Shown here: piece by piece, positions 25,279 to 41,939 of the stretch
Layout: every line of letters starts with the position of its first letter
How positions within the stretch are numbered: the first letter of the stretch is position 1
NCBI GenBank assembly: GCA_951406725.2
Contig: OX597823.1
Location: 56,110,001-56,174,000, forward strand
Direction: 5' to 3'
DNA length: 64,000 bases
DNA from: Octopus vulgaris
Lineage: Eukaryota
Translations under genes and position numbers: made by a program
The notes under the pieces: generated by a model
Told to the model about the DNA's origin: nothing
The model's input: only the letters and a program-made list of their open reading frames with translations
Databases searched by the model: none

Positions 25279-26321
25279 ACGGATAGACCAGCGCGAGCGC
25301 TAGTGCTCAGAGCACAAATGCTATCACACAATCTTAGTGAAAAAGGATGGCTACATAAATAAAATATTGTATTTTCCAAAATATCTTTTGCTATACAGAC
25401 AGCAACTACTTATCTTATAGATATTTGCACCAAGCAAAGTTAATCTATATTATGCATTATGATATATTGAGTAACGAAATATTATTTCTAATTTCGTCTT
25501 GCATTTGACATTTTGCATACTGCAAGATTCACTATTGTTTTATAAATGTATGGGACTGCCATCTGCAAAAATGGCAAAAGTTTTTGTTGTAAGCAGTACA
25601 GAACTCATGTTCAAAACTATATCAACTCTGTTAAGTCTGTTGGTAAAAAGGAAAACATTATTTGCGCTGTGTTCAACAAAACCTGAAACGATTAATTACA
25701 CGTTTATTCTTAATATGTCCGGAAAGGTTTGGATGCATAATATACTGGTCGTTGTAGCGTACGTCATAAAGCAACTTTTTACAATGACCGTGTGTTCATG
25801 ATACACTTGGCGCATTCGTGCAAGGGATTATAGAAAACCGATGTTTCGACATGCTGTGTCCCGTCAAGCAAATGCATCCGGACCTTTGGTAGTTAAAAAG
25901 CAACTAGCTTTGTTTATACTTTCGGCAACCGAATGTGTTGGTGCTGTCTAGAAAGCTTTTTCGTGAATTCCGTCAGACAGAAGAGTACAAATCATTTCAC
26001 TACACGAGCTGATCTGGTACCATGACTCCTCAAACTTTCATGATTAACATGTTTATGTTGCATTCCAATTTTAAGTTAGCAGTGGGTGAAATACCAACAC
26101 AGTTACTCTTTTACTTGTTTCAGTCATTTGACTGTGGTCATGCTGGAGCACCGCCTTTTAGTCGAGCAAATCGACCCCAGGACTTATTCTTTATAAGCCT
26201 AGTACTTATTCTATCGGTTTTTTGCCGAACCGCTAAGTTAAGGGGACATAAACACACCACCATCGATGGTCAAGCGACGCTGGGGGACAAACACAGACAC
26301 ACAAAATATACACATACACAT

Positions 26322-27085
<764 letters not shown>

Positions 27086-27462
27086 ATATATATATATATA
27101 TATCCATATATATATATACATCACTAATAATTCATCGACTACAGAAATATTTCAATCTATTTGCATAACGTCCAGCATGAAAAAAGATTAAAGAAACATA
27201 TACCTGTGTTTGTTTGTGTGTATGTGTGCATACGTGTGTATGTGTGCATGCGTGCGCGTATGCGTGTTCATGCGTGCGTGTATGTGCGTTTATGCATGTG
27301 TGTGTTTGTGTGTGCATGCGTGTGTGTGCGTGTGTTCGTGCGTGCATGCATTGTGTCTGCGTGTGTGTTTGTGCATGCTGTATAATCATACTCTTGTGCA
27401 TATGTATATATATAATTTATACACACATACACATATATATACACATATACGTATACACACAC

Positions 27463-27464
<2 letters not shown>

Positions 27465-27511
<47 letters not shown>

Positions 27512-27568
27512 GTATATGTATATATATATGTATATGTATATATATATGTATATATATATATGTATATA

Positions 27569-27621
<53 letters not shown>

Positions 27622-27745
27622 GTATATATATATGTATATATATGTATATATATATATGTATATATATGTATATATATATATGTATATATATGTATATATA
27701 TATATGTATATATATGTATATATATATATATGTATATATATATAT

Positions 27746-27836
<91 letters not shown>

Positions 27837-27845
27837 TGTATGTAT
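27465..27845. repeat. Long (TA)n/(TATG)n microsatellite
   Basis: Directly visible. Confidence 0.95.
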
Positions 27846-27924
27846 AATATGATATAATATAATATAAACGTGTTTCACCGCAGTCTGATAGCATGTTGTA
27901 TACGTTTTCTCTATTTTCTCACAG

Positions 27925-28044
27925 CTACCGAGAGATGTAACGCCCGCCAGTTCACATGTAGTATTTCTGGTAAATGTCTACCAATAACAAAGAAGTGCGA
28001 TGGTCATGATGACTGCGGAGATGCAAGTGATGAGATCGGCTGCA
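27925..28044 (+). CDS. Exon: LDLa repeat 4 ([39 protein letters not shown])
   Basis: Phase 1-1 exon, AG/GTAAGT. Confidence 0.92.
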
Positions 28045-28132
28045 GTAAGTTTTAAATTTCATCTTTATGAACCATGATTCTCTTAGTCGTTATCCTCGTC
28101 CTCAGCAGCATTGACATCATCAGCATTCGTAC

Positions 28133-28204
<72 letters not shown>

Positions 28205-28496
28205 CTTACACGTACATGCACCAAAGCCATGAAAACATTCCTCCATCACCAACTCATCGACAAATCATTAAACATGCCTATAACCCTCCCTCTAACGATT
28301 ACAAGAATTAGAAACAGCAAAAGCAGTTTTCTTGCAACTACTCAAAAACCGTGAATCGCGAACCGATGAATAATCACAAGTACTAGAATGCACACGCACA
28401 CACGCACACACACACGCACACACGCACACACACACATATCAAAAGATATGAAGGTCGAAATATCATGAGATTCGAGACAGATCGTATTCAGTTCCG

Positions 28497-28531
<35 letters not shown>

Positions 28532-28559
28532 CAGACACGGTCAGACAGAAACATACACA

Positions 28560-28604
<45 letters not shown>

Positions 28605-28679
28605 GCGGTACTCTAGTCAAATGACAAAAACAAAAGAATAAAGGAATAACAGAATATATACATATTCATATATATATAT

Positions 28680-28716
<37 letters not shown>

Positions 28717-29681
28717 CATATGTGGGCACAGGACGTCATGAAAAGTGCACAACAAAATAATACGAGCACGAGTACATGGAACATGAACTATTCTTTCAAA
28801 CAACGAAAGACTCAAATGGAAAACAAAATAAACAACATAAAGAACGACCCTTCATCAGATGTTGGCTGTTTTCTAGTCTCGTATTTCGAACATTTAACAA
28901 CAACATACGCTTTCGATAAAACAGTTGCTCCTGCAAAGCAAATCAAATAAAATTTGGGATTTTGCGGAGGGTCAAAATGGGTAACAAAATCAAGATAGTG
29001 AAAGCAAACAGGAAGGGCTGCTAAACCTAAGCGAGGTTGTGGTGGCGAACGCGTAAATCAAGCATGGACAGGAGACAAATAAGAACACGTTTTTCTTGTT
29101 CTAGCTACAACGGAGAGAAAGAAACATAAGTTAGAAGAAAGATGGCGGATGGTCACGTGGGAGCCATGTAAGTGGGGAGAGAGAGTGACAGAGTAATAGG
29201 AAAGAATAGTGAGAGAAGAGGAGGTAAAAGAATAAGAGGGAAAGAGAAAAACGAAAGAGTAAAAAAGACCGTATATATGGCTGTGTGGTAAGTAGCTTGC
29301 TAACCAACCACATGGTTCCGGGTTCAGTCCCACTGCGTGGCAACTTGGGCAAGTGTCTTCTGCTATAGCCCCGGGCCGACCAAAACCTTGTGAGTGGATT
29401 TGGTAGACGGAAACTGAAAGAAGCCTGTCGTATATATGTATATATATATATGTGTGTGTATATGTTTGTGTGTCTGTGTTTGTACCCCTAGCATTGCTTG
29501 ACAACCGATGCTGGTGTGTTTACGTCCCCGTAACTTAGCGGTTCGGCAAAACAGACCGATAGAATAAGTACTGGGCTTACAAAAAAGAATAAGTCCCGGG
29601 GTCGATTTGCTCGACTAAAGGCGGTGCTCCAGCATGGCCGCAGTCAAATGACTGAAACAAGTAAAAGAGTAAAAGAGAGAG

Positions 29682-29721
<40 letters not shown>

Positions 29722-29775
29722 CACACGATCTTTTTCCTCTTTTACACACACACACAATATCAATGTCACATTCCC

Positions 29776-29836
<61 letters not shown>

Positions 29837-30524
29837 ATAATGAACCATGTAATTCACACTCTGGAAAATTAATTTCTATAAAATGTTTGGAGTGGGTAAA
29901 ATTTCCGACGCTTCCACCTCGCCCCACCCCTTTTTTCGGACCCCAAAATAGGTTTTGTAACATATTAGGCGGCCACAACGGGAAAAAATTCCCAATGATT
30001 CCGAGAAAGAGGGGCCCCCTCACCTCATCTCCTTTTCCCCGAACCAAAATAAGGGATTTGCAGGATATTAGGAGACCAGGGTACCGGATTCCACTAAAAA
30101 AAAAAAGGGGTTTTTTTTTTTTTGTGAAAATCGAGCGGGTGTTAATCTAAAACTTCATCGTTTGTTTTTCTTTTTGTGCCTTTGCTAGACAGGGGACTTA
30201 ACTCATGCTAGTAAACTTGCGGATTTCACCGACGTGGAAATTGGTAAAAGTTATGGTTGAAAATCGATGTTTACCGCTATCTGCGGGTGCCTCAAGAAAA
30301 ATAAGTTGACAAAAACACAGTCGGGGTCAGGATCAAAGTCCCCCTAAAATTGGAGTGACATGCGTGCTAATTTGTAGATGTGCATAAATTACATTCACGT
30401 ACACACACACACACACATATCCTACCTTTTATAGATATAGATGTATACAAACGCATTTGATCTATATGTACATATATGTCTCTGTGTATATATTTATTTA
30501 CGATGTCGCAAAAATTATTTTCAG

Positions 30525-30632
30525 CGTGTACGTGTAAGAATCAATTCACGTGCGGGTCCTGCGATTGTATACCTAAGGAGAAGCAGTGCGACGGCAAAAT
30601 GGATTGCGCTGACGGCTCTGACGAAAAGTGTG
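30525..30632 (+). CDS. Exon: LDLa repeat 5, eight-Cys variant ([35 protein letters not shown])
   Basis: Phase 1-1 exon, AG/GTAAGT, DC.DGSDE motif. Confidence 0.9.
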
Positions 30633-30718
30633 GTAAGTTTATTTCGACTTTTTTTTTTAATATATCCATACGCGAGCCCATACTCACACACGCGCGCGCA
30701 CAGGCGCATGCACACACG

Positions 30719-30764
<46 letters not shown>

Positions 30765-31153
30765 TACTCATGCCTATAATTCCACGCAGATACACATAAC
30801 CACTCATATATACACTCATTTACATGTATATACATATACTCACTGGTACTCTGTCGCTTACGACGACGAGGGTTCCAACTGCTCCGATCAACCGAACGGC
30901 CTGCTCATGAAATTAACGTGCATGCGGCTGAGCACTCCACAGACACGTGTACCTCTAACGTAGTTCTCAGGAAGATTCGGCATGACACAGAATGTGACTA
31001 GGCCAGCCTTTTGAAATACAAGTACTACTCAGTTTTGCCAGCTGAGTGGAAATAAAATAACTTGCTCAAGGACGCAACGCATCGCCAGGGATTGAACTCA
31101 CAACCTGACGATCGTGAGCCGAATACCCTAACCACCAAGCCTCACACCTTCAT

Positions 31154-31211
<58 letters not shown>

Positions 31212-31562
31212 CGCATATAGACTTACACATTCATGTACAGAAACATATTTGCAAACCTACTCATTTATATTCGACCAGTAATAGTCTCTGAGTTAGCTGT
31301 TTCGCTTATGGCACTCTGTTTATAGCTAGGTAGACTACTCCATTTGAGAGCTATATATCTTGGCCGTCGACATAATATTCGTGATACGATATAATCTGAT
31401 CGACATTGTGTGAAGTAGTTGAAAAACAGAAATAGATACATATACATGTATGGGGTTGCGTATGCCTACATTAATGGTTCCCAAACTGGAGTCCGCGGGC
31501 CCCTGGTGGTCTGAAAAGATAGTACTGGGAGCCTGTGAACCAAATTCTAAATTTCTCTCTCT

Positions 31563-31670
<108 letters not shown>

Positions 31671-32039
31671 CGTACGTATATATCGATAAGAATATTAAAA
31701 GGGTCCGGAAGAAAACTCATTTGAATAAACGGGTTGTGAACCACTGGTCTACATCCTTGATTTAAGTGTCCTTAAAATAAAAAAATAAAAAAGGATTCGA
31801 TACATGTGCGTATTCTAAATAATTATTTTAATCAGAAAGTATAGCGTGATTGCGTAACAATATTCCACCGGCAACGGCTAGCCACGTTACTCGACCGGCG
31901 GAAGTTCAAGTTCACTGCCACTCTGTATTTCTGATAAATATATATTGTATGTGTGTGTGTGGGCACGCGCCTGCGTGTATATAGTAGTATTTGAGGACAT
32001 ATATTATAATTTGATAAGACAACTTTAATCTAGCAAAGC

Positions 32040-33060
32040 CTAAATTTTATTAAAACAAATTTTTGTGCACATCTCGATAACTTTTCTTATAAGATTGTTC
32101 TCTGAATCTACATTCAGCTTCGATGACTGCTTCAGTGCAGGAGTAGAATCGTTGACATTATCTTACTTATTCGTCATTATTCACTTCGTACATTGCCTAG
32201 GCCATTGCGGCTTTCAGTGAATCGATGATGTTGTGATGTAGATTAGTCTCCCTTTCAAGAAGGCTCCACATGTAGTAGTCCATGGGATCTAAATCTGGCG
32301 AGTTTGGAGGCCACGAGTTTGGTGTTACATGATTGTAAATATTGTTTGACTTCCATTCTTGGGTCAAGTGCGCTGGATGAAAAGGTGTTGTATCCACTGA
32401 GTACTTCAACCATACGGGGCTGAACAACTGTCTCCACCAACTCAATATATCCAGAAACGTCAATTCTAAATCCTCGAGGAAAGATATGAGATAGCGTAAC
32501 AACATTCTTTATTTAACACTCCAAAAGCCATCACAGTTGCTGGACACTAAGTGTGCATCACTCTGTGGACATCAGAACGATCCAGTACATAACTAACTGT
32601 TATTTTCCCTTTGGTTTTGGACAAAATTTTCTCTCAAAGAACTAAAGCGTACCATGTTTGTGAAGGATTTTAACCTTGTTAAACGACTGCTTAGCACAGA
32701 TCAAACGGTTGTTTGTATCTTTTCGGACATGAATTTGCCTCACCTCAGTCCATAGACTTCAAACGAATGCCCTCATACACCAAAGTTCTGATAGTTCACT
32801 CTGACACCTGAAGTTTTTTTGTGAATGGTCCCGATAGACTTTTGGAATAATCATCAACAATGTTGAACTCTTTTGGTGAATTACGGTGTCCTTATAGTGT
32901 CCGAACGTTTGGAATGACGTTTTCTCTATGGAAACATTCCCAAAAGAGGTTTCCAATTTTACCTGAACTTTGAGTACAAAAGAGTTTCCAACATTTAGGA
33001 AGTTGGTCATTTCTAAATGGGTGGCTCCGCACACATGGCAACAATGAATGCATGTTTTTA
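32040..33060 (-). mobile_element. Decayed Tc1/mariner transposase fragment
   Basis: ORF 32197-32505 contains WPPNSPDLDPMDYYMWSLLE; frameshifted and stop-ridden; boundaries approximate. Confidence 0.75.
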
Positions 33061-33180
33061 CATTTCTTGCGTTAAAATATTATGTCATAGGGGATCGGAA
33101 AGAAATAGGAACCTTTTAATTGGTTTGAAGAGAGTAACATATATATATATATATATATATACATACACAGAGAGAGGGGA

Positions 33181-33268
<88 letters not shown>

Positions 33269-33314
33269 GCAGGCAGGCAGGCAGGCAGACAGACAGACAG
33301 GCAGGCAGGCAGGC

Positions 33315-33395
<81 letters not shown>

Positions 33396-33707
33396 CACAC
33401 ACACACACACATATATAAAACCTCGTATCATTCGTCACTTCACTTCCCCTTTTATTTTCTCCTACAACTGATTCGTAGTCTTATCCTCACCCGCAGCCAA
33501 TACGGCCTTTAGCTTTGCGTTTTGCTATCTTTATAAATAGAAGTAATATACATTTATTGTAAATCTTAAAGGCTGGTGGATTAAAATCTAGTGAAAATTA
33601 AATAATTCGTCTTGCATAAATGCATAAGATATTTTACATAGTATTTGAAATCTGTAAAATGGTTATATCTTCCATTTCATTTCCTTTCTCTATTTTCGAT
33701 GTTTCAG

Positions 33708-33821
33708 CATGTTCTGTAAATGAATTTACTTGTAACAACAAACAGTGTGTCGATTCAAAGTTGAAATGTGACAAAAAAGTAGACTGTACAGACGGTTCTG
33801 ATGAACTTTACTGTAATATTT
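33708..33821 (+). CDS. Exon: LDLa repeat 6 (CSVNEFTCNNKQCVDSKLKCDKKVDCTDGSDELYCNI)
   Basis: Phase 1-1 exon, AG/GTAAGT. Confidence 0.92.
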
Positions 33822-34697
33822 GTAAGTATCACAAAATGCTATAACTAGCTTTACTTCTATTGTTGTTGGTTTTATTTACATGTCAATATTTATAGCTTTA
33901 TCTGCTTCGAGTTAAATCATGCCTTGTCTTTTGAGTTCAAATCCAACCATTTCAAAACTTATATATAAACACTTCGCATGTCTTGTTCAATATGGATACC
34001 TATTGATTGTTAGTCAAGCCCTCAGCTGTGAAGAAGAGAACCGAAATTGTATAATTGCCAAATGACAAAAATAAGTAAAAGAATAAAATAATATATATAA
34101 ATATTTCATATGGAGAATATTATCTTTTACTTGTTTCAGTCATTTGACTGCGGCCATGCTGGAGCACTGCCTTTAGTCGAGCAAATCGACCCCAGGACTT
34201 ATTCTTTGGAATCCGAGTACTTATTCTATCGGTCCCTTTTGTCTTACCAACCGCTAAGTTACGGGGACGTAAACACACCAGCATCGGTTGTCAAGCGATG
34301 TTGGTGGACAAACGCAGACACACAAGCATATACACACATACATATACAAGTCCCACTGCGTGGCACCTTGAGCAAGTGTCTTCTACTATAGCCTCGGGCC
34401 GACCAAAGCCTTGTGAGTGGATTTGGTAGACGGAAACTGAAAGAAGCCCGTCGTATATATGTATATATATGTATGCGAGTGTGTATTTGTATGTCTGTGT
34501 TTGTCCCCTAGCATTGCTTGACAACCGATGCTGGTGCGTTTATGTCCCCGTTACTTAGCGGTTCGGCAAAAGAGACCGATAGAATAAGTACTGGGCTTAC
34601 AAAAGAATAAGTCTCGGGGTCGAGTTGCTCGACTAAAGGCGGTGCTCAGCATGGCCGCAGTCAAATGACTGAAACAGGTAAAAGAAAAGAAAGAAAG

Positions 34698-34734
<37 letters not shown>

Positions 34735-35014
34735 TACGACGGGCTTCTTTCAGTTTCCGTCTACCAAATCCACTCACAAGGCTTTGGTCGGGCCGAGGCT
34801 ATAGTAAAAGACACTTGCCCAAGGTGCCACGCAGTGGGAATGAACCCGCAACCATGTGGTTGGTAAGCAAGCTACTTACCACACAGCCACTCCTGCGCAC
34901 CTATATAATTTTCTTTCGAAACATAGACAGCGTAGAAATGCTCAAGTCAAACCTGAGGCATCAGATAAGTATAATGGATACAATAGAAAAAGTTCAAATC
35001 AAGCAAACTACGGT

Positions 35015-35079
<65 letters not shown>

Positions 35080-35585
35080 CATATATTCAAATTTCAAATT
35101 TCAAGAAATTTGAAAAGCTAAACGCGAAACCGGTCTTTCTTCTAAATTATGTCATTGTAAGAAAAAAATTTTTAATATTCTTCAGACATATTGACGCAAA
35201 TATATATATTTTTTAACCTTTAAGCCTTCTGTAGTTCTTTCACTTTTTACTATTTTCTATATATATATATATATATATATGGGTTTAAGATAAAAATAAA
35301 TATTGTCCAAGCAGAAAAGTATTTGCTCAATATATATGTGTAAAATTAAAAGAAAAATTTGATCAAGTACCAGTTTCTGTATTCTTTATAATTATTTGAA
35401 GTATATATATATATATAGCATAAGAGGGATCAGCCATCTGAATGTGGCTAGGGTCAGGGCGGGGTGGTGGGGGTGTTACTGATGCATTTAGCCCCAGGCG
35501 AACATCGACGTTACCAGAAGAGCTGACACCATCTCGGTGTCCTTGCAAGAGCAGTTACTGTTTATATCTCGCCCAGAGATTTATT

Positions 35586-35622
<37 letters not shown>

Positions 35623-35684
35623 ATAATATCGATCTTTTCAAGTGGCCAGCATGGGAATAAGTACCATACAAATGTAATAATTAT

Positions 35685-36032
35685 TTAAAACTATAAATTA
35701 GTGTATCTGAGAGATACCACCACGCTGAAATAGCAGTCAAACCCTGACCCTAAAGCCACATTAAATTGTTCATATAGCGCTAGTAGAGTAGATAGAGAAA
35801 CAAAAGAGTCTAGCAAAAAGGATTTTTCTGGATAATTCAAGATCCTGGATTTATGGTTTTGCATAAGAGAAGTTCTGCCTTCTTCAATCGAATATACCAG
35901 ATAGCACATAAATACAGATATATATATATTCTCCTAGCGCTAAATGAACATTTAATGTGGCTTTAGGGTCAGGGTTTGACTGCTATTTCAGCGTAGTGGT
36001 ATCTCTCAGATACCCTAATTTATAGTTTTAAA
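35685..36032. mobile_element. Fold-back / MITE-like element with about 105-bp near-perfect inverted arms
   Basis: 35685-35790 is the reverse complement of about 35930-36032. Confidence 0.7.
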
Positions 36033-36244
36033 CATATATATGTATATACATATATATATATGATGTACTGTTCACTAATAGAAAGTTCAACAAAGATGTA
36101 CTCCATCTGGTGAGAGATAAATATTATTTTTTTAAGGGCACAATACATGTATTTAAGCGATACTAATTGTTTCATATGTTGAATATTTCTCAGCATATGA
36201 AAATATTAGTACCACTTGATACATGTGTTGTGCCCTTTAAACAA

Positions 36245-36284
<40 letters not shown>

Positions 36285-36847
36285 CTTTTATTCTTTTATT
36301 CTTTTACTTGTTTCAGTCATTTCACTGCAGCCATGCTGGAGCACTGCCTTTAGTCAAGCAAATCGACCCCGGGACTTATTCTTTGTAAGCCCAGTACTTA
36401 TTCTATCGGTCTCTTTTGCCGAACCTCTAAGTGACAGGGACGTAAACACACCAGCATCGGTTGTCAAGCAATGCTAGAGGGACAAACACAGACACACAAA
36501 CATATGCACACACATACATATATATATACATATATACGACAGGCTTCTTTTCAGTTTCCGTCTACCAAATCCACTCACAATGCTTTGGTCGGCCCGAGGC
36601 TATAGCAGAAGACACTTGCCCAAGATGCCACGCAGTGGGACTGAACCCGGAACCATGTGGTTGGTTAGCAAGCTACTTACCACACAGCCACTCCTATGCA
36701 TATCGACAAACAATCATACAGAAATATACTGATATGTGTGTGTGCGTGTGTGTATGCATGTGAGTGTGGTGTGTTTAAGCACACCCTCAGATTCAACCAT
36801 CATGCATCACTTATCGTTTGTCTATTTGCTCATTTCTTCATTTTTAG

Positions 36848-36967
36848 TGTGCAACGCATCCCAATTTACCTGCAATAACGGACAGTGTATCAATAAAACA
36901 AAATACTGCGATACAGTCAAGGATTGCGCAGATGGTTCGGATGAGCATGATAACTGCTTTGATGTCT
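36848..36967 (+). CDS. Exon: LDLa repeat 7 ([39 protein letters not shown])
   Basis: Phase 1-1 exon, AG/GTAAGT. Confidence 0.92.
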
Positions 36968-37027
36968 GTAAGTATCTTTTAAGATATGCGAACACACATT
37001 TTCACTCTTTCTCTCTGTCTCTCTTTA

Positions 37028-37610
<583 letters not shown>

Positions 37611-37633
37611 CTTGTGTTTGTCCACTCACTCCT

Positions 37634-37691
<58 letters not shown>

Positions 37692-37703
37692 CGTGCGTGC
37701 GTG

Positions 37704-37762
<59 letters not shown>

Positions 37763-38705
37763 CGTGCTTGTGTGGGGATAGATAGATATATTCATAGATA
37801 GCATGTTTACAACGTATTTGATCTATAAAAAGGTTAAACATTATTTGAACTGATCTAAATATACAAAACTCTACTTTTTTGTTGCAATAAAACAATTTAT
37901 TCTATTAATATATTAATAATCAATGCCTGAGGGAAAACATAATATATAAGTCCTGTATCACTGCTCTTAGTAAGAACATGTCTACATTGGTGCATCTTCA
38001 TCCTCATTCAAACTTCGATAGAATAATCATAGATGTACAATTACATATGAAGGCTAATAATACATCTCTGGCTAAATTCATATATTCTCTCATCGATAAA
38101 AATATTTTTTAATTGCCCACAGTGGGCTAAACACAGAAGGGACAAACAAGGACAGACAAAGGGATTAAGTCGATCATATCGACCCCAGTGCGTAAATGGT
38201 ACTTATTTAATCGACCCCGAAAGGATGAAAGGCGAAGTCGACCTCAGTGGAATTTGAACCCAGCTCGCCGCCCTCATCGATAAAAATATTGAAGATAAAA
38301 TTGTTTGGTTCATTGTATGCAACGCACAACCGTATAATAGTGGTAATAGATGGTGTGGACATTGTGTATCTGCGGCATTCCATATCAATAAAATTAGTAA
38401 AACTAAATCAGTTGTGATTAATCGGCATGAGGAACTGATTATAAGATGACAACATTTTAATCATAAATGTTTCCTATTTTATAAACATATATAACATTAT
38501 ACTTATTATATCTGTACTTAGTAAATTGTAACCCTAGTTTAATAGTTTGTATGCAGATAATATATCTTAATAAACATATCATTATAACAACTTAATAATA
38601 TACTAATAAACTACCATGATATATCCCCATTTTTACTATTTAGTACAAATATCCCTTATATACATTTACCTTTTTCCTTGTTAATTCCCTTCTGTGATAA
38701 TTATA

Positions 38706-39261
38706 CGAGGGTGAGTCAAAAAGTAATGCCATTTTGTTTAGGACAGGTATAATTACCAACACAGGAACATGTATCATACATCAAAATGAAGCTGGTCTTC
38801 TGTGGATCACATCCCTAATTCTCAATATAGTCGCCATTTCTCTCAATAGCAATGTTCCACCTTTGAATGAGAGCATGTATCCCTGCCCCATAAAATTCTG
38901 TTGACTGTTCTTTAAACCACTTCTTCACTACCTCCACTCTCACCAGATTTAGTGCCTTCAGACTATCATCTCTTCGACGCCACCAAAGAAGGTTTGAGAG
39001 GCAAACATTACTCCAGTGACGAAGACGTGAAAACTGTAGTGAAGAAGTGGCTCAAAGAACAGTCAATAGAATTTTAAAGGGCAGGGATACATGCTCTCAT
39101 TCGAAGGTGGAACATTGCTATTGAGAGAAACGGTGACTATGTCGAGAAGTAGAGATGGGATCCACAGAGGACCAGCTTCATTTTAATGTATGATACATGT
39201 TCCTTTGTTGGTAATTATACCTGTCCTAAACAAAATGGCTTTACTTTTTGACTCACCCTCG
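38706..39261 (+). mobile_element. Non-autonomous mariner derivative, TA-flanked, about 230-bp inverted arms
   Basis: TA|CGAGGGTGAGTCAAAAAGTAA...TTACTTTTTGACTCACCCTCG|TA; internal SPDLVPSDYHLF...RWNIAIERNGDYVEK* mariner C-terminus. Confidence 0.9.
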
Positions 39262-40686
39262 TAAGTTAGTATTATCTTGATTGATAATATATTATACTAT
39301 TTCCATACATTCTACTACCTAGATTAATGTAATTATTTTCCCTAATTTAATTAACATTTATATCTCCGATTTAATGACTGATAACTGTAGTAAATATTCA
39401 AATATTCTACTATGAAAATACCTTATTTTTCCAATTGATGATAGCGCATAAAATTTCAAATTGTTATGGTATTTCTACATTAATATTGAACTTTACTTTT
39501 TACCAATACTAACATATACTTCCATACCTCAGCCCACCGCTCTTTAACTTTACTATTAAAATAGTTATTGTATTTAAGTTTAAACATTACTACTTTGAAA
39601 ATCTTTATATTTGTTGAAGATTATACCTACATTCTATAGTTACCTAAATATTTTCCCTTATCAATAAACTTACTATCCTACAATCACAGCATCTCTCTCT
39701 GTATCTATACCTTTTAAACTTTGAATAGCTTTCATATATACCAAGAAATTTACACCTTTATTAACATACATTAATTACTAACTTTAATAAAGACGGCAAA
39801 TTCAATCTAATAGAAGTGTTTGCATAATTGTATTTATATTTGTATATTCATTTCCATGTTTATATATATATCCCTTTATAGAATGGTTGTTAGGTTGTCT
39901 ACATATATACATATTTGTTTTTCGTCCATGTAAATACACCTGTTGGCGTATATAAATTTATTTATACTCCTCCCATCTCTTATTTTTTTCTTCTTCTGAT
40001 ATATATATATATGTTCATGTATATATCTGCTTATCTTTGTATATATTTGTATACGTGAATCTATAAGCCGTCGATATATTTCTTCTATCAATATTTGAGT
40101 ACGCATTTTAAACTGCAATATATAACATGTGCATGGATATATGTATACATATTTATGTATGCATGTATACATGTGTCAATAGTTATGTTTGTAAATACAT
40201 ATATCTTTATTTTCATTGGATACCTAAGCAGTATTAAGTCTAAATCAGCAGCTATTCAGGATACTGCAGTCGTCCTCCTTTACGTATAACACTTGATACG
40301 CAGTAACCTAAATAATATTTTTATATGGATTTATATACAACAGATAATTCAGAAAACCTAAAACAAGTGTGATAGTGATAACTTTTCGGTTATAAAATTG
40401 ACAGCCTAAGCTATGAGTAATACCATGAGTGGGGGGGGGAAATATCCTACTGTTTTAAGAAGTAATTTTAGTGTTTACTAAAAAGAAAGATAGGCTATTG
40501 TCATATCAAGTCAATCTCAACAGTTGAAAGTTTTGAAATAAATTTCTGAAGTGGGATCTAGAGTTTACTTGCTTCAGGTATTCTTAGTTACGTAGTATAT
40601 AAGCATATGCATCTTACATATGTATACAGATGCATGTGTGTACGTACTTGTGAGTGTGTATATGCGCATATATGCCTGCATATATG

Positions 40687-40733
<47 letters not shown>

Positions 40734-41150
40734 TATTATATTATATTTTATTATATTATATTATATATATTATATTATATTATATTATTGAAACCTATGA
40801 TCTAGCTCAAATACTTGCAACGGGGTGGAATCCAACTCGGGTACTTTAACGACCGTTTTGTGGTACGAAACCGGCCGATAGTTTAAGAGGGTAGGCCACG
40901 GTGGGATTTGAATCCTGAACGCTAAGAGCTTGAAACAAATACTACAAGGCTTCGATGATTATGTCAGAGTCTTAGATTGGTTGGTTCTTTACTTATGGGC
41001 CCCTGGAAAGATAAAAGGGAAAATTGATCCCTGTGGTATTTGAAACTAGGGCGCAAGGACCCTGAATAAATATAAATACCGTAAGACATTTAGTGCTTTT
41101 ATCTAATGGTTCTGCAAATTCGCGTCTGTGTGTATGCGAGTGTATATTGA

Positions 41151-41182
<32 letters not shown>

Positions 41183-41187
41183 GGAGA

Positions 41188-41221
<34 letters not shown>

Positions 41222-41534
41222 AAGAGAGAGAGAGAGGGGCGAGAGAAAAGAGTGGAGAGACATGTGTAAGCATATACTAAATAATATGTGCAGTTATGTA
41301 AACGTATGTATGTATGTGTATATATATAGATATATATATATATATATATATTATATGTCTGTATAAATACATACACACGTATATATACAGATACATACAT
41401 ATATATAGATATATATCCATATATATATATATATATATGTATGTATAAATACATACACACATATATATATACATACATACATATATATATCTTTATATAT
41501 ATATATGTATATATAAAATCAAAGCAATTATATG

Positions 41535-41587
<53 letters not shown>

Positions 41588-41939
41588 ATTACTAATGTCA
41601 TCTTATATTATATTATATATTATAATGGAAATAAGTTGTTAGATTGTCATTAATACCCTGTACCGGTGAATTCGATGTCTTACACTCTCTTGGAGGAGTC
41701 GCATTTCCCTTCATTTGTGATTCTGAATTGGGAGGTGCCGAAAATGCTCGTTTTTCTTAAATTGACATTCCATTTTAATGATCTGAAAATAAACAAAAAT
41801 TAACTAAAATTAACTAGAAAAAAAAATGGATTCCAAAATGATTCAAAAATAGAATTCTCGAAAAAGTAGATTCTAAAATTTAAAAACGCAATAAATTTCA
41901 AAATTTAAAAAAAAACGGCGGTAACTTAGTTGCCAACCC

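Noticed and set aside
28840-28895. Minus-strand GAAA...CUGAUGA as a hammerhead
   Set aside because: I could not build consistent stems I and III for any hammerhead topology.
29860-30170. Homopolymer-rich segment with ORFs on both strands
   Set aside because: Looks like low-quality sequence within a repeat (Helitron-like end near 30430); no credible coding signal.
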